A DNA stretch of 64,000 nt from Gemmatimonadota bacterium (lineage in GTDB: Bacteria; Gemmatimonadota; Gemmatimonadetes; Longimicrobiales; Gaopeijiaceae), in assembly GCA_034521595.1 (NCBI GenBank), contig JAXHMG010000003.1, positions 1,760,001 to 1,824,000 on the forward strand, written 5' to 3'. Under the pieces are notes generated by a model, which was not told the origin of the DNA, did not search any database, and saw nothing but the letters and a program-made list of their open reading frames with translations. Shown one piece after another: positions 29,347-39,942 of this stretch (its first letter is position 1; the number at the start of each line of letters is the position of its first letter). The position numbers were made by a program, and so were the translations under genes.

Positions 29347-30860
29347 CCGGAGTACTGGTGGTCCGGCAGCGCCAAGATCGTCACGGCCGTCACCTCGGTG
29401 GCGACCGCGGTGGCGCTCCCCCCACTCGTGCCCCGGATCATGGGCGTCCTCAGGGACGCACGCACGTCGCAGCGCAGACGACACGCCCTCGAAGCGGCCA
29501 ATCGGGAGCTGGAGGAGCTGAACCGGCGACTCACGGAGTCCGAACGGACGCGCACCGACTTTTTCGCCAACGTCAGCCACGAGCTGCGCACGCCGCTCAC
29601 CCTGATCCTCGGGCCACTCGACCAGCTCTCGGGGAGCGGCTCGCTCGACGCGGTGCAGCAGCGGTCCGTCGCCGTGATCGAGCGAAACGCGCAGCAGCTC
29701 CTCTCCCGAGTGGACGACCTGCTCGACGTGGCGCGGATGGAGTGGACGGAGCCGACCGCCGAGCCCCAGCCCATGGATCTGGCGGAGCTGACCCGCTGGG
29801 TCGCCGAAGGGTTCACCGGCGCGGCACACAGTCGGAACATCTCATTCGAGATCCTCGCACCACGCGCGCTTCCGGCGACCCTCGATCCGAACATGGTCGA
29901 ACGGATCGTCCTGAACCTCCTGTCGAACGCGTTCAAGTTCACCCCCGACGGCGGCCGGATCGTCTGCACCGTCGAGGTCGAGCCGTCCGATCCGACAAGG
30001 AGTGACCCGCGCCCTCGTGCGCGCATCGTCGTCGCGGACAACGGGCCCGGCATCGCTCCGGGAGAGCGAGAAGCCGTGTTCGACCGGTTCCGCCGCTTCG
30101 ATGACGCGTCGAGCCCGTCCGGCTCCGGTCTCGGACTCGCCATCGTCCAGGAGTTCACGACGGCGCTCGGTGGCTCGGCAACCGTTTCGGAGACCGAGGG
30201 CGGCGGAGCGACCCTCACGATCACGCTCCCCTTCGAGACGCCCGACGAACCGGCGAGCGAGGACCAGACCGGAGCACGTGCGGCCGGCCACCACCCGAAC
30301 CTGCAGGACGGAAGCGGGACGGTCACGACCCAGGAGCTCGTCTCCGGACCTCCGATCGGGGCCGATCCCCTCGCCGCCCCCATCGAGGCGGTGGGTACCG
30401 TGCTGGTCGTCGACGACAACGAAGACCTGTGCCGGTACCTCGCCACCGTCCTGGGCACGACCTACCGGGTGTACGCGGCGTTGGACGGCTCCGCCGGCCT
30501 CACGCGCACCGAGGAGCTTCGGCCGGATCTGATCATCACGGACATGATGATGCCGCGGCTAACGGGCGATGAGCTGCTCGCGGCTCTCCAGGAACATACC
30601 CACCTCAGGGACATCCCCGTCATGGTGCTGACCGCGCGCACGGACGCCGCGCTCCCGGCCCATATGCTCCGGTTCGGGGCGCTCGACTTCCTCACCAAGC
30701 CCGTCCAGGCCGATGAGCTCCGCGAGCGCGTCCGCAACCTCGTGGACATGGCGAGGACGCGCCGCATCCTCGAGAAGGACGCGGACCGTTCCCAGCGGCA
30801 GCTCCACGAGCTCGCCGCAGGATCTCTCCAGCCATCAGGAAGGCGCTCGAGCGCTCCAAG
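29347..30860 (+). pseudogene. 5'-truncated hybrid histidine kinase (ethylene-receptor-like TM remnant, HisKA, HATPase, REC)
   Basis: Begins abruptly at PEYWWSGSAKIVTAVTSVATAVALPPLVP; SHELRTPL, NAFKFT, DNGPGI, receiver; frame breaks after 30810. Confidence 0.7.
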
Positions 30861-32693
30861 GGCCGGTTCGACTACGTGAGTCCGGCATTCGGTCGGATCT
30901 GGGGCCTACCCGGCGAGGAGCTCATCGAAAATCCCGAGCTCTGGCTCGACCGAATCGTCCCGGAGGACCGGGAGCGGGTCGCCTCGTCCCTCCCCCTGCA
31001 GGCGGCAGGCGGGTGGGCAGCAGGAGTATCGCATCCGCCGGCCCGACGGAGAGATCCGGTGGATCCTGGATCGCGCGTTCCCGGTCGAAGCGGCGGGCGG
31101 AGGAGAGATATCGAAGATCGCCGGTGTCGCGCAGGACGTGACCGTTCGCCGACAGGCCGAGGAACGCTTCAGCCTGCTGACCGAGCATGTCCGCGATGTC
31201 GTGCTCGTGCTCGACGTGCACGGACGCATCACCTTCACCAGCGCGTCCGTCGACGAAGCGACGGGTTACTCCAGGGAGGTCGTGCAGGACTCCGATCTCA
31301 TGGACCTCGTGCATCCCGAGGACCGGGCGGAGCTCCGCCGTCAGCTCACGGAGCTCGCCGAGAACCCCGATGAGATGATGTGGACCCGGTGTCGGATCCT
31401 CACCCGGACAGGTGAAGAGCGTCACTTGGAATCCATCGCATGTAACCGGCTCGCCCATCCGGGCGTCGAGGGCATCGTCATGGTGAGTCGTGACGTGACG
31501 AGCCGGCTCGCCTTGGAAGGACACCTCCGAGAGGCGGCCAAGATGGAGGCGGTCGGACGCCTCGCCGCCGGCGTCGCGCATGATTTCAACAACCTGCTCA
31601 CTGTCATCCGGGCACAAGCCGACCTTCTGATGATCGATCTCGATCCCCCCGACCCGATCCGGGAGGAGATCGAGCTCATCGCCTCGACCGCGAGCAAAGC
31701 AGCCAACCTCACGGCGCAGCTTCTGGCGTTCGGGCGCGAGCAGGTGCTCCGTCCACAGCTCGTGAACCTCAACGAGATCATCGAGGACATGCTCCCGTTC
31801 TTGAAGAAGCCCTTGGGGAGCCATGTTCAGATCGAAACCTCGTTTTCCCCGAGGCTCTCGCCCATAAAGATCGACAAGGGACACCTGGAGCAGGTCATTC
31901 TGAACCTCGCGCTCAACGCCCGGGACGCGCTTCCGAGCGGGGGAAGTCTGCGCCTGGAAACCGAGATGGTCGCTCCGAAGGAGGAAGCCGCCCCCACGGT
32001 CCGGCTTCACGTTTCCGATGACGGGATCGGCATGGACGCCAAGACGCGGGACAGGATCTTCGAGCCGTTCTTCACGACGAAGGTGGAACGCGGCGGGACG
32101 GGTCTCGGACTCGCATCGTCCTACGGAATCGTGCTGCAGAGTGGTGGCACGATGGAGGTCGCGAGCGAGGTCGGACAGGGCACGACGTTCATCCTGGAAT
32201 TTCCCCGTCGCGGACGAGGATGTCCCGGCGGATACGGAGCCGACCGCGTCGGCGCCGAACCTCGAAGAAGCGGGACATACACGAGCTCCTGGTGGTGGAA
32301 GACGACTCCCACGTGCGGCACGTCGTGGAACGCACGCTCGTGCGAGACGGCTATCGCGTGACTGTGGTCGAGAATGCCGACACGGCCATCGAGGTGCTGC
32401 GGAAAGAGCCGACACGATTCAGCGCGGTCCGATCCGATCTGATGCTGCAAGGCACGAGCGCACGCAACCTGATCGACCATATGGTCACACACCACCCCGA
32501 CCTCCCGATCATCGCGATGTCCGGGTACGCGGACGGCTCTCCGGGAAGCCGTCAGGACCTACCCAGCGCCATCTCGTTCATCCAGAAGCCGTTCACCCCG
32601 GACGAACTGCGCACGATCATGCGGCAAGCGACCCATCACCGGCGCGGCCTCACCTCTCCTCCCACCGATCCCGACAGCGCGCCGGGATCGTAG
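30860..32693 (+). pseudogene. Frameshifted PAS-PAS-HisKA-HATPase-REC segment, probably the 3' half of the previous gene
   Basis: YVSPAF..W, EYRIRRPDGEIRW, AHDFNNLL, NARDA and GTGLGL, plus a receiver, across frames; shifts near 31016, 32203 and 32284. Confidence 0.75.
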
Positions 32694-32728
32694 ACTTCAC
32701 CGGACTTCACCACCCAGCGCGCACTCCG

Positions 32729-33520
32729 TCACTCACCCTCCTTCGTCTTCCCACCCATTCCCTTGAACGCCTCGAGGAACTCCATCGGGATGGGCAGGAA
32801 CCCGAAGCTGATGTTCTCTTCGGCGACCTCGGCCATGGTCTGCAAATAGCGAAGCTGGAGGGCGATGGGCGTGTCGCGCATCATGTTGCCCGCGTCGACC
32901 AGCCGTTCCGCCGCTTCGTACTCGCCCTGGGCGTTGATGACCTTCGCCCGCCGGTCGCGCTCGGTCTCGGCCTGGCGGGCCATGGCGCGCTTCATGTTCT
33001 CGGGGAGCACCACGTCGCGGACCTCGACCGAAACGACCTTGATGCCCCACGGATCGGTCTGGCGGTCGATGATCTCCTGGATCTTCTTGTTGACCTCTTC
33101 ACGCTCGGCCAGGAGCTCGTCGAGCTCGACCTGCCCCACGATGCTTCTGAGGGTCGTCTGGCTGAGCCACGTCGTCGCCTCCAGGTAGCGCTCCACCTGG
33201 ATGACCGCCCGCTCGGCGTCCACGACCCGGAAGAACACGATCGCGTCCACGTTCACCGTGACGTTGTCACGCGTGATGACCTCCTGACGCTCGACATTGA
33301 TCGTGAGCACGCGCAGATCGACGCGCTCCACCTTGTCGACGAACGGGATCAGGATGATGAGGCCCGGCCCTTTCACGCTGAGGAACTTCCCGAGTCGGAA
33401 CACCACGCCGCGCTCGTACTCCCGCATGATCTTGATCATCTGCGGCAGGAGGACCACCGCGATCGCCACGAGGGTGATGATCCAGTACAGGGTTTCCATG
33501 GGGAATTCGACCTGGTTCAT
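32729..33520 (-). CDS. SPFH/band 7 (stomatin-like) protein
   Basis: EYERGVVFRLG, ITRDNV, QTTLRS, ARQAETER, LQLRYLQT. Confidence 0.95.
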   Translation of the reverse strand: MNQVEFPMETLYWIITLVAIAVVLLPQMIKIMREYERGVVFRLGKFLSVKGPGLIILIPFVDKVERVDLRVLTINVERQEVITRDNVTVNVDAIVFFRVVDAERAVIQVERYLEATTWLSQTTLRSIVGQVELDELLAEREEVNKKIQEIIDRQTDPWGIKVVSVEVRDVVLPENMKRAMARQAETERDRRAKVINAQGEYEAAERLVDAGNMMRDTPIALQLRYLQTMAEVAEENISFGFLPIPMEFLEAFKGMGGKTKEGE

Positions 33521-33557
33521 GGATCGCTCCGTCTTTGGGTCGGATGAGACTCGGGCT

Positions 33558-34961
33558 TCAAGAGCCCGTCGCCTCGGAGGATGGGGGCGAAGTGGGTCGT
33601 TCGGCCACCCCCTCGCTCGATCGCACGCGCATGGTCAGCCCCTCGATGCCCTCGATGACGCAGCTCGCGCCCGCCGGAATCTCGTCCTCGCTCACGGCGT
33701 TCCAGTATTCCCCCGCCACGAACACCCGCCCGCCATCCGCCCCGATCGGGTCCACCACGCGGGCCAACTGGCCGGTCATCGAGTCCAGTCCCGTTCTGGC
33801 CGGCGCCATCTGGATCCGGATGCCCTGGGTCACGATCCACACGAAGAACAACGTGGTGAACGCCGTGGCGGGCACGAGCCACGCCCACGAGAGGGCCAGG
33901 GCATCCGGCAGGTCCTGGAAGAGAATCAGCGCTCCCATGAAGAACGACACGGCCCCGCCCGCGATCAGCAGGCCGAACGCCGGGGTGAACGCCTCCGACA
34001 CGAACAACACCACCGCCAGCGCCAGCAGAAGGTAGCCGGCCAGGTTGACCGGCATCGCCGCCGAGGCGTAGAGGAGCAGGATCAGCGCGATAACCCCGGT
34101 CACCCCCGGGACGATCGCGCCCGGATTGGACACCTCCCCGATGATCCCGTAGATGGCCACCATGCTGAGGATCAGCATCAACTCGGGCCTGGTGATGAAG
34201 CCGAGGAAACGCTCGGCCATCGTCTTGGGGACTTCCTCCGCGACGGCGCCCGCCGTTCGGAGCGTGTCTCCGTCGACGACGCGGCCATCGATCGCCTCGA
34301 GAAGCTCGTCCCTGTCGGCGGCCACGAGGTCGATCACGTTGAGATCCAGGGCTTCGCTCTCGGTCACGGCTTCCGCTTCCCGCACGGCAGAGATCGCCCA
34401 GTCCACGTTCCGCCCGCGCCGCTCCGCGATGGACGCGATGAGGCTCTCGGCATAGTTGAACGCCTTGTTCTGCGACACCGTGTCCATCTGTGCCTCACCG
34501 CCCCCTCCCATCGAGACCGGCGAAGCCGCGCCGATGGTCGTGGACGGCGCCATCGCCGCTACGTGTGCGGCCATGGTGATGAAGGTCCCGGCGCTCGCCG
34601 CACGCGCTCCTCCGGGCGAAACGTAGACCACGACGGGGACCTCGGATTCGTAAAAGGCCTGGACGATCTCTCGCGTCGACTCGAGGAGCCCGCCCGGCGT
34701 GTCGAGCTCGATGAGCAGAGCGTCGGCGCCACGGGCCGTCGCTTCCTCGATGGCTCGACGGATGTAGTCGTTCGTCGTGGGCGTCACCGGCTCCTCGATC
34801 CGGATGACGGAGACGGACGGCGCTGTAGTATCGTCCGTTCCGGCTGCCGCTTGCGTGTCCTGGACGGAGACGACGGGCATCGAAGCGCCCGGCCCCGGGG
34901 TCGTGCCGATCGGCACGACCCCGAGGAACACGAGCGTCGGAATGAGCGCGGTTCTGACCAT
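33558..34961 (-). CDS. nfeD: NfeD family membrane-bound ClpP-class serine protease
   Basis: LDTPGG, AASAG, IGAASP; TM block; C-terminal GEYWNA OB-fold; upstream of stomatin. Confidence 0.92.
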   Translation of the reverse strand: MVRTALIPTLVFLGVVPIGTTPGPGASMPVVSVQDTQAAAGTDDTTAPSVSVIRIEEPVTPTTNDYIRRAIEEATARGADALLIELDTPGGLLESTREIVQAFYESEVPVVVYVSPGGARAASAGTFITMAAHVAAMAPSTTIGAASPVSMGGGGEAQMDTVSQNKAFNYAESLIASIAERRGRNVDWAISAVREAEAVTESEALDLNVIDLVAADRDELLEAIDGRVVDGDTLRTAGAVAEEVPKTMAERFLGFITRPELMLILSMVAIYGIIGEVSNPGAIVPGVTGVIALILLLYASAAMPVNLAGYLLLALAVVLFVSEAFTPAFGLLIAGGAVSFFMGALILFQDLPDALALSWAWLVPATAFTTLFFVWIVTQGIRIQMAPARTGLDSMTGQLARVVDPIGADGGRVFVAGEYWNAVSEDEIPAGASCVIEGIEGLTMRVRSSEGVAERPTSPPSSEATGS

Positions 34962-35027
34962 AGCGGCCCCACGAAGAGGGACATGACCCTGCCGAAAGGC
35001 GTACCCGCGCGGCTCCGATTGTTTCAG

Positions 35028-35643
35028 TCAGAACATCACGTTCAGCCGCAGCATGAGCTTGCTGACCCGCCGCTCGTCGTCGACCGGGTGTCACGTTCAC
35101 GCTGCCGACCTGGAAGTCGTCGCTCAGGTAATCCGTCACGCCGAGGCTGTAACGCAGCTCCGGCACCAGGGCGATGCCCACGCCGGGCACTCCGACCTCG
35201 ACGCCCGCACCGACATCCGCGGTGAGCGACACGTCGCGGACGGCTTCGTCGAAATCGCCCGACCGCGGAAACGTGGCCACGGGCCCGGCCAGGACGTAGA
35301 CGTCGGCAAGGGGCAACGGCAGGACGGTCAGGCGCACGTCGATCGGCACTTCCACGGCGGACAGCTCGAGCTCCTCTCCGTCGGGGAAGTCGTAGGTGCC
35401 GATCCGGTGGTAGAAGACACCCGGGCGGAGGGTCAACGGACCGCTCCCCAGGCTCATGGATACGCCGACGTGGTAGCCGGTCGACTGGTCGAGCGTCGCG
35501 CTGCTGCTGCCCGCATCGATGTCGTCGAGGTTGTTGAAGTTCAGCCCGGCCCCGATCCCGAGTTGGGCGGAGGCCGAGGTGGCCGAGGCGAGGTTCGCGG
35601 CGAGCACGATCGCGAAGGTGAGCATGATACGCTTTAGCTGCAT
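35028..35643 (-). CDS. Small outer-membrane beta-barrel protein (one +1 frameshift near 35087)
   Basis: Signal peptide ASAQ; alternating beta strands. Removing one base gives the C-terminus VDDERRVSKLMLRLNVMF-stop with a terminal Phe. Confidence 0.75.
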
Positions 35644-35794
35644 GAAAGACCCCTACGTTTTCCGAGTGATTCCGAGTGGAGAAAGCGGGAACGGCAATCA
35701 CCGCCCGCACGAGCCCCCTTCGTGGTGCAAGGATCGCACCCAAAGGCATTCCAGACCCGGGCCACCTCACCCCTCGAGCAGCCCCTCCGCCACA

Positions 35795-36424
35795 TCAGGC
35801 CAGCGTCGCCAGCACCTCCCCGACGAGCCCGTTCGACGAGGCGACGAAGACGGACAGGCCGTGCCGCATCTCTTCGATCTGGCCACGCTGCTCTTCGAGC
35901 TCCTCGACCATCTGATCCCGCAGCTTCGCGTAGCTCTCGAGCTGCTTCTCGATCTTCGCCGCCGCGGCGAGCGCCTCGTCGGCATCGTTCAGCGTGAGGG
36001 TTTCGGTCTTGGTCACGAGGCGTCGGGTACCGTCCCGAGCGGTGTGCGAGTACACGACCTCGGTCGGGTATGACGCGCTCGGATCGGCAGCCAGAGCGTG
36101 AAGTGAGGTGACGACCTCCTCCACCCGCTCTATCTCGACTTTCTTCTCGTCCAGGAGCTCGCTCAGATCCCGCTTCAGGGACTCCGCTCCCGCTGCCGCA
36201 AGCTCGGCGACGTCGCTCTCCGCCGTGGCCACGCAGTCGTCCATGCTGCCCGGGATGGAGCTCCAGTCGAGCGCATCGGCCGCGGCCGAGAACGCTCGTC
36301 GGAGCTGCTCCCGCTGACGCACGCCGAGACTTCCATCCTGGCGCAGCTTCTCGAGCGCCAAAAGCGCCATCGTCCGTCCCGCCGTGGTCAACTCCGGAGT
36401 GTCTTCTATCAAGGTCTTTCGCAT
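35795..36424 (-). CDS. Hypothetical coiled-coil protein
   Basis: 209 aa, helical and E/L/A-rich; no motif recognised. Confidence 0.7.
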   Translation of the reverse strand: MRKTLIEDTPELTTAGRTMALLALEKLRQDGSLGVRQREQLRRAFSAAADALDWSSIPGSMDDCVATAESDVAELAAAGAESLKRDLSELLDEKKVEIERVEEVVTSLHALAADPSASYPTEVVYSHTARDGTRRLVTKTETLTLNDADEALAAAAKIEKQLESYAKLRDQMVEELEEQRGQIEEMRHGLSVFVASSNGLVGEVLATLA

Positions 36425-36736
36425 GGTCCGAGCACGCCCGCTTGGTCGAGGAATGGCCACCGCCTGGAAGGGCGAAGCCGTGAAGAACGCATATGATACC
36501 CCCCATGACCTCGAAAAGTTGACCGTGCCGGCGCGTAGCTCGCTTGTACGCCCGCCGGCGATGCGATAATGTCAGAAATCGGCGTCGTGGTACCTCCACC
36601 GTGAACGGGTCATATCGCCGAGACGCCTCAGCAGCCCGTGCTAGAGCAGCGTTTCGCACCCCGGATCGGGCACGGCGGCGGTTCTTTTCCCACAGCTTCG
36701 TCCCGCGGTGAACAGCGGTGCACGAAAGGAGGTCCG

Positions 36737-37924
36737 TTGGGTCCGGTCGACAAGATCGCCGTCAACCATCTCTCCAAGATCTTCGGACCCCACCCCGAAG
36801 AAGCCCTGGACCTGCTCGACCAGGGTGTTCACAAGGACGAGATCTTCGCACGCACGCAGAACACCGTGGGCGTGCGCGACGTGAGCTTGAGCGTCACCGC
36901 CGGCGAGGTCTTCGTGGTGATGGGGCTGTCGGGCTCCGGCAAGTCGACGCTGGTCCGCATGCTCAACCGGTTGATCGAGCCGACGGTCGGCGAAGTGCTC
37001 ATCGATGGCCAGGACATCACGAAGATGAGCGAGAAGGAGCTCGTCGAGCACCGCCGGAAGAACACCGCCATGGTCTTCCAATCGTTCGCGCTCCTCCCCC
37101 ACCTGACCGCGGTCGAGAATGCCGCGTTCGGGCTCGAGGTCGCCGGCATCGAGCGCCAGGAGCGACACGAGCGGGCCATGGAAGTCTTGAAGGAAGTCAA
37201 CCTGGAAGGCTATGCCGACAGCTATCCGGACGAGCTTTCCGGGGGGATGCAGCAGCGTGTGGGGCTGGCGCGTGCGCTGGCCGTCGATCCTTCGATCCTC
37301 CTGATGGACGAGGCGTACTCGGCGCTCGATCCCTTGATCCGCCGGGAGATGCAGGAGGAGCTCCTCGAGCTTCAGGCACGGAAGGAGCGAACCGTGGTCT
37401 TCATCTCCCACGACCTCGACGAGGCGATGCGCATCGGGGATCGCATCGCGATGATGGAGGGAGGAGCGGTGACCCAGATCGGGACGCCCCGGGAGATCCT
37501 GGAGGATCCCGCGGCCGACTACATCCGCGAGTTCTTCCAGGACGTCGATGTCGGGGAGGTCTACACTGCCGAGCACGCGGTCGACGAGCGCATCGTGGTG
37601 TTCCGCGAGGATCAGGCCGAGTCGCCCGACGCGATGCAACGCACCCTGGAGGAGGAGGGCGCCCGCTACGGGTACGTGGTGGACGGATCCGAGCGCTTCG
37701 TCGGCGTCGTCTCCGTGGACGCGCTCGACACGGCCGAGCACGGAGAGACGGAGGCCCAGTACCTGCCGGACCCACCAGTCGTGCGTTCCGGAACGCATCT
37801 CGGGCACATCCTCGGAAAAGTGGCCGCGTCCAGCTACCCCGTCCCGGTCGTGCACCGCAACGGCTGCTTCCTCGGAGCGGTTTCGCGGAACAGCCTTCTG
37901 TCCACCCTGGAGCGGAAGACATGA
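36737..37924 (+). CDS. proV: Glycine betaine/proline ABC transporter ATP-binding subunit with CBS pair
   Basis: TTG after [33 protein letters not shown]. Confidence 0.93.
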   Translation: MGPVDKIAVNHLSKIFGPHPEEALDLLDQGVHKDEIFARTQNTVGVRDVSLSVTAGEVFVVMGLSGSGKSTLVRMLNRLIEPTVGEVLIDGQDITKMSEKELVEHRRKNTAMVFQSFALLPHLTAVENAAFGLEVAGIERQERHERAMEVLKEVNLEGYADSYPDELSGGMQQRVGLARALAVDPSILLMDEAYSALDPLIRREMQEELLELQARKERTVVFISHDLDEAMRIGDRIAMMEGGAVTQIGTPREILEDPAADYIREFFQDVDVGEVYTAEHAVDERIVVFREDQAESPDAMQRTLEEEGARYGYVVDGSERFVGVVSVDALDTAEHGETEAQYLPDPPVVRSGTHLGHILGKVAASSYPVPVVHRNGCFLGAVSRNSLLSTLERKT

Positions 37925-38895
37925 TGCGGGTGCACCGACGCCTCTTGCTCGACGACGGCGGGCCGGCCACGGCGGCCGCGTGGCCCGGCGACCGCATCCC
38001 GGTGGGCGATTGGATCGACGCCGCCGTGGCCTGGCTGCTCGCCAACGCGGAGTGGCTCTTCGACGGCATTCTGTGGGTGATCGACGGCCTGGTCACCGCC
38101 ATGGAGGTCGCCCTGCTCTATCCGGCCGCCTGGCTCCTGGGGCTCGTCTTGGTGGGGCTCGGCGCCTGGCGTGTGGGATGGCGCTTCGCGGCCTTCACGC
38201 TCGTGTCCCTGGCGCTCGTGGTCGGGATGGACCTTTGGGAGAGCACCGTCGCCACCCTCGCCCTGGTGTTGAGCGCGACCGTCGTGTGCCTCGTGATCGG
38301 CGTTCCGATCGGCCTGTGGTCGGCGCGCAGCGACCGCGTGTGGACCGTCGTCCGTCCCGTCCTCGATCTGATGCAAACGATGCCGGCCTTCGTCTACCTC
38401 ATCCCCGCCGTCATGTTCTTCAGCACGGGCAAAGTCCCCGGGACCATCGCCACGATGATCTTCGCCATGCCCCCGGCCGTGCGACTCACGAATCTGGGCA
38501 TCCGACAGGTTTCGGACGAGATGATCCAGGCCGGGCTGGCATTCGGCTGCACGCCGCGGCAACTCTTGTTCAAGGTTCAGATTCCGACCGCGTTGCCTTC
38601 CATCATGGCCGGCGTGAACCAAACCATCATGCTGGCTTTGTCGATGGTCGTGATCGCCTCCATGATCGGAGCTGGAGGGCTCGGGGACGTCGTGCTCCGG
38701 GGCATCCAGCGTCTGGACGTGGGCCTCGGCTTCGAGGGAGGCATCGGCGTCGTCATCCTGGCCATCATTCTCGACCGGATCACCCAGAGCTTCGGCAGCG
38801 GTCGTCGCGCCGGCGTCCGGGAGCGCCTGAGGGCCCTGTTCCGGCCCGAGCAGACAAACTCGGAAACCGAATCCGCGAAGGGAGATCCGTCATGA
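37921..38895 (+). CDS. proW: Glycine betaine/proline ABC transporter permease
   Basis: LDLMQTMPAFVYLIP, GVNQTIMLALSMVVIASMIG. Confidence 0.93.
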   Translation: MMRVHRRLLLDDGGPATAAAWPGDRIPVGDWIDAAVAWLLANAEWLFDGILWVIDGLVTAMEVALLYPAAWLLGLVLVGLGAWRVGWRFAAFTLVSLALVVGMDLWESTVATLALVLSATVVCLVIGVPIGLWSARSDRVWTVVRPVLDLMQTMPAFVYLIPAVMFFSTGKVPGTIATMIFAMPPAVRLTNLGIRQVSDEMIQAGLAFGCTPRQLLFKVQIPTALPSIMAGVNQTIMLALSMVVIASMIGAGGLGDVVLRGIQRLDVGLGFEGGIGVVILAIILDRITQSFGSGRRAGVRERLRALFRPEQTNSETESAKGDPS

Positions 38896-39878
38896 AAAGC
38901 GTTGCCGCGTCGGGCGCCTTCCTGCGCCTCGTCGGACGGTGGGCCCTGATCGCGGGGGGCACGGCCTTCGCGGTCGGGTTGTTCGCATACATGTACGCGT
39001 ACGGCCCCGGCGCGCAGGAAGCGGAGCCGGCTCCCGCCGAAGGAATGATGGCGCTCGACGACACGGAGACGGACCGGGATGCCGTGCGTATAGGCTGGAC
39101 GGCTTGGGCGGATGCCGAAGCAATGACGGAGCTCGTCAGGCAGCTTCTCGAGGAGCATTTCGGTCTTCCCGTCGAGCCGGTGATGGCGGACGTCGGCATT
39201 CAGTATCAGGCGGTCGCCCGAGGCGACCTGGACGCGATGCTCATGGCATGGCTTCCCGTCACCCACCGGGACTACTGGGAACGCGTCGGCGGAGACGTCG
39301 TGAACCTCGGGCCGATCTATACCGGCCGCCTCGGCTGGGTGGTGCCCGACTACGTCCCCGAAGACGTGCTCGGAAGCATCGAGGACCTCCAGGATCCGGA
39401 GGTCGCCCGCCGTGTCGGCTCGCAGGTCCAGGGCATCGATCCCGGCTCCGGCTTGATGCAGGCTTCGGAGCAGGTGTTCCGGGACTACGACCTCGATCAC
39501 ATCGAGCTGGTGCCCGCCAGCGGAGCGGCCATGACGGCGGTCCTCGATCGGGCCATTCGTCGCGAGGAATGGATCGTCGTCGCGGGATGGCAACCGCACT
39601 GGAAGTTCGCCCGGTACGATCTGCGTTTTCTGGAAGATCCCCGAGGGTCGCTGGGTGGCCGAGAGCGGGTGAACGCCGTGGTCCGGCGAGGCTTCGAAGA
39701 CGACTTTCCGGTGGAAGTGACGTCGTTCCTCTCCCGCCTCGAGCTGCCCGAAGAAGACCTCGCCGAGGTGCTGCTGCGCGCCCAGGACGTCCCGGTGGAG
39801 CAAGCCGTCAGGGAGTACCGCGAGGCCAACCCCGCGAGAGTCCGATACTGGCTCACGGGTCGATTCGACGAGGGGTAA
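38892..39878 (+). CDS. proX: Glycine betaine ABC transporter substrate-binding protein (OpuAC/ProX)
   Basis: WAD, AWLPVTH, GIDPGSG, GWQPHWKF aromatic-cage motifs. Confidence 0.9.
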   Translation: MKSVAASGAFLRLVGRWALIAGGTAFAVGLFAYMYAYGPGAQEAEPAPAEGMMALDDTETDRDAVRIGWTAWADAEAMTELVRQLLEEHFGLPVEPVMADVGIQYQAVARGDLDAMLMAWLPVTHRDYWERVGGDVVNLGPIYTGRLGWVVPDYVPEDVLGSIEDLQDPEVARRVGSQVQGIDPGSGLMQASEQVFRDYDLDHIELVPASGAAMTAVLDRAIRREEWIVVAGWQPHWKFARYDLRFLEDPRGSLGGRERVNAVVRRGFEDDFPVEVTSFLSRLELPEEDLAEVLLRAQDVPVEQAVREYREANPARVRYWLTGRFDEG

Positions 39879-39942
39879 GCCCGTGCTCTCCCCGGAGCTC
39901 GAGTCGTGGTCCGGCCGAATCTCGGCGAGCCGAGGTCCGTGC

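Noticed and set aside
34495..35643. 382-aa ORF apparently fusing the OMP into the nfeD region
   Set aside because: Caused by one extra base near 35087. The corrected frame stops at 35028 with a terminal Phe.
36425..36736. Possible c-di-AMP or other riboswitch ahead of proV
   Set aside because: No recognisable conserved riboswitch elements; only a weak TGcGATAAT extended -10 candidate. An Rfam scan would settle it.
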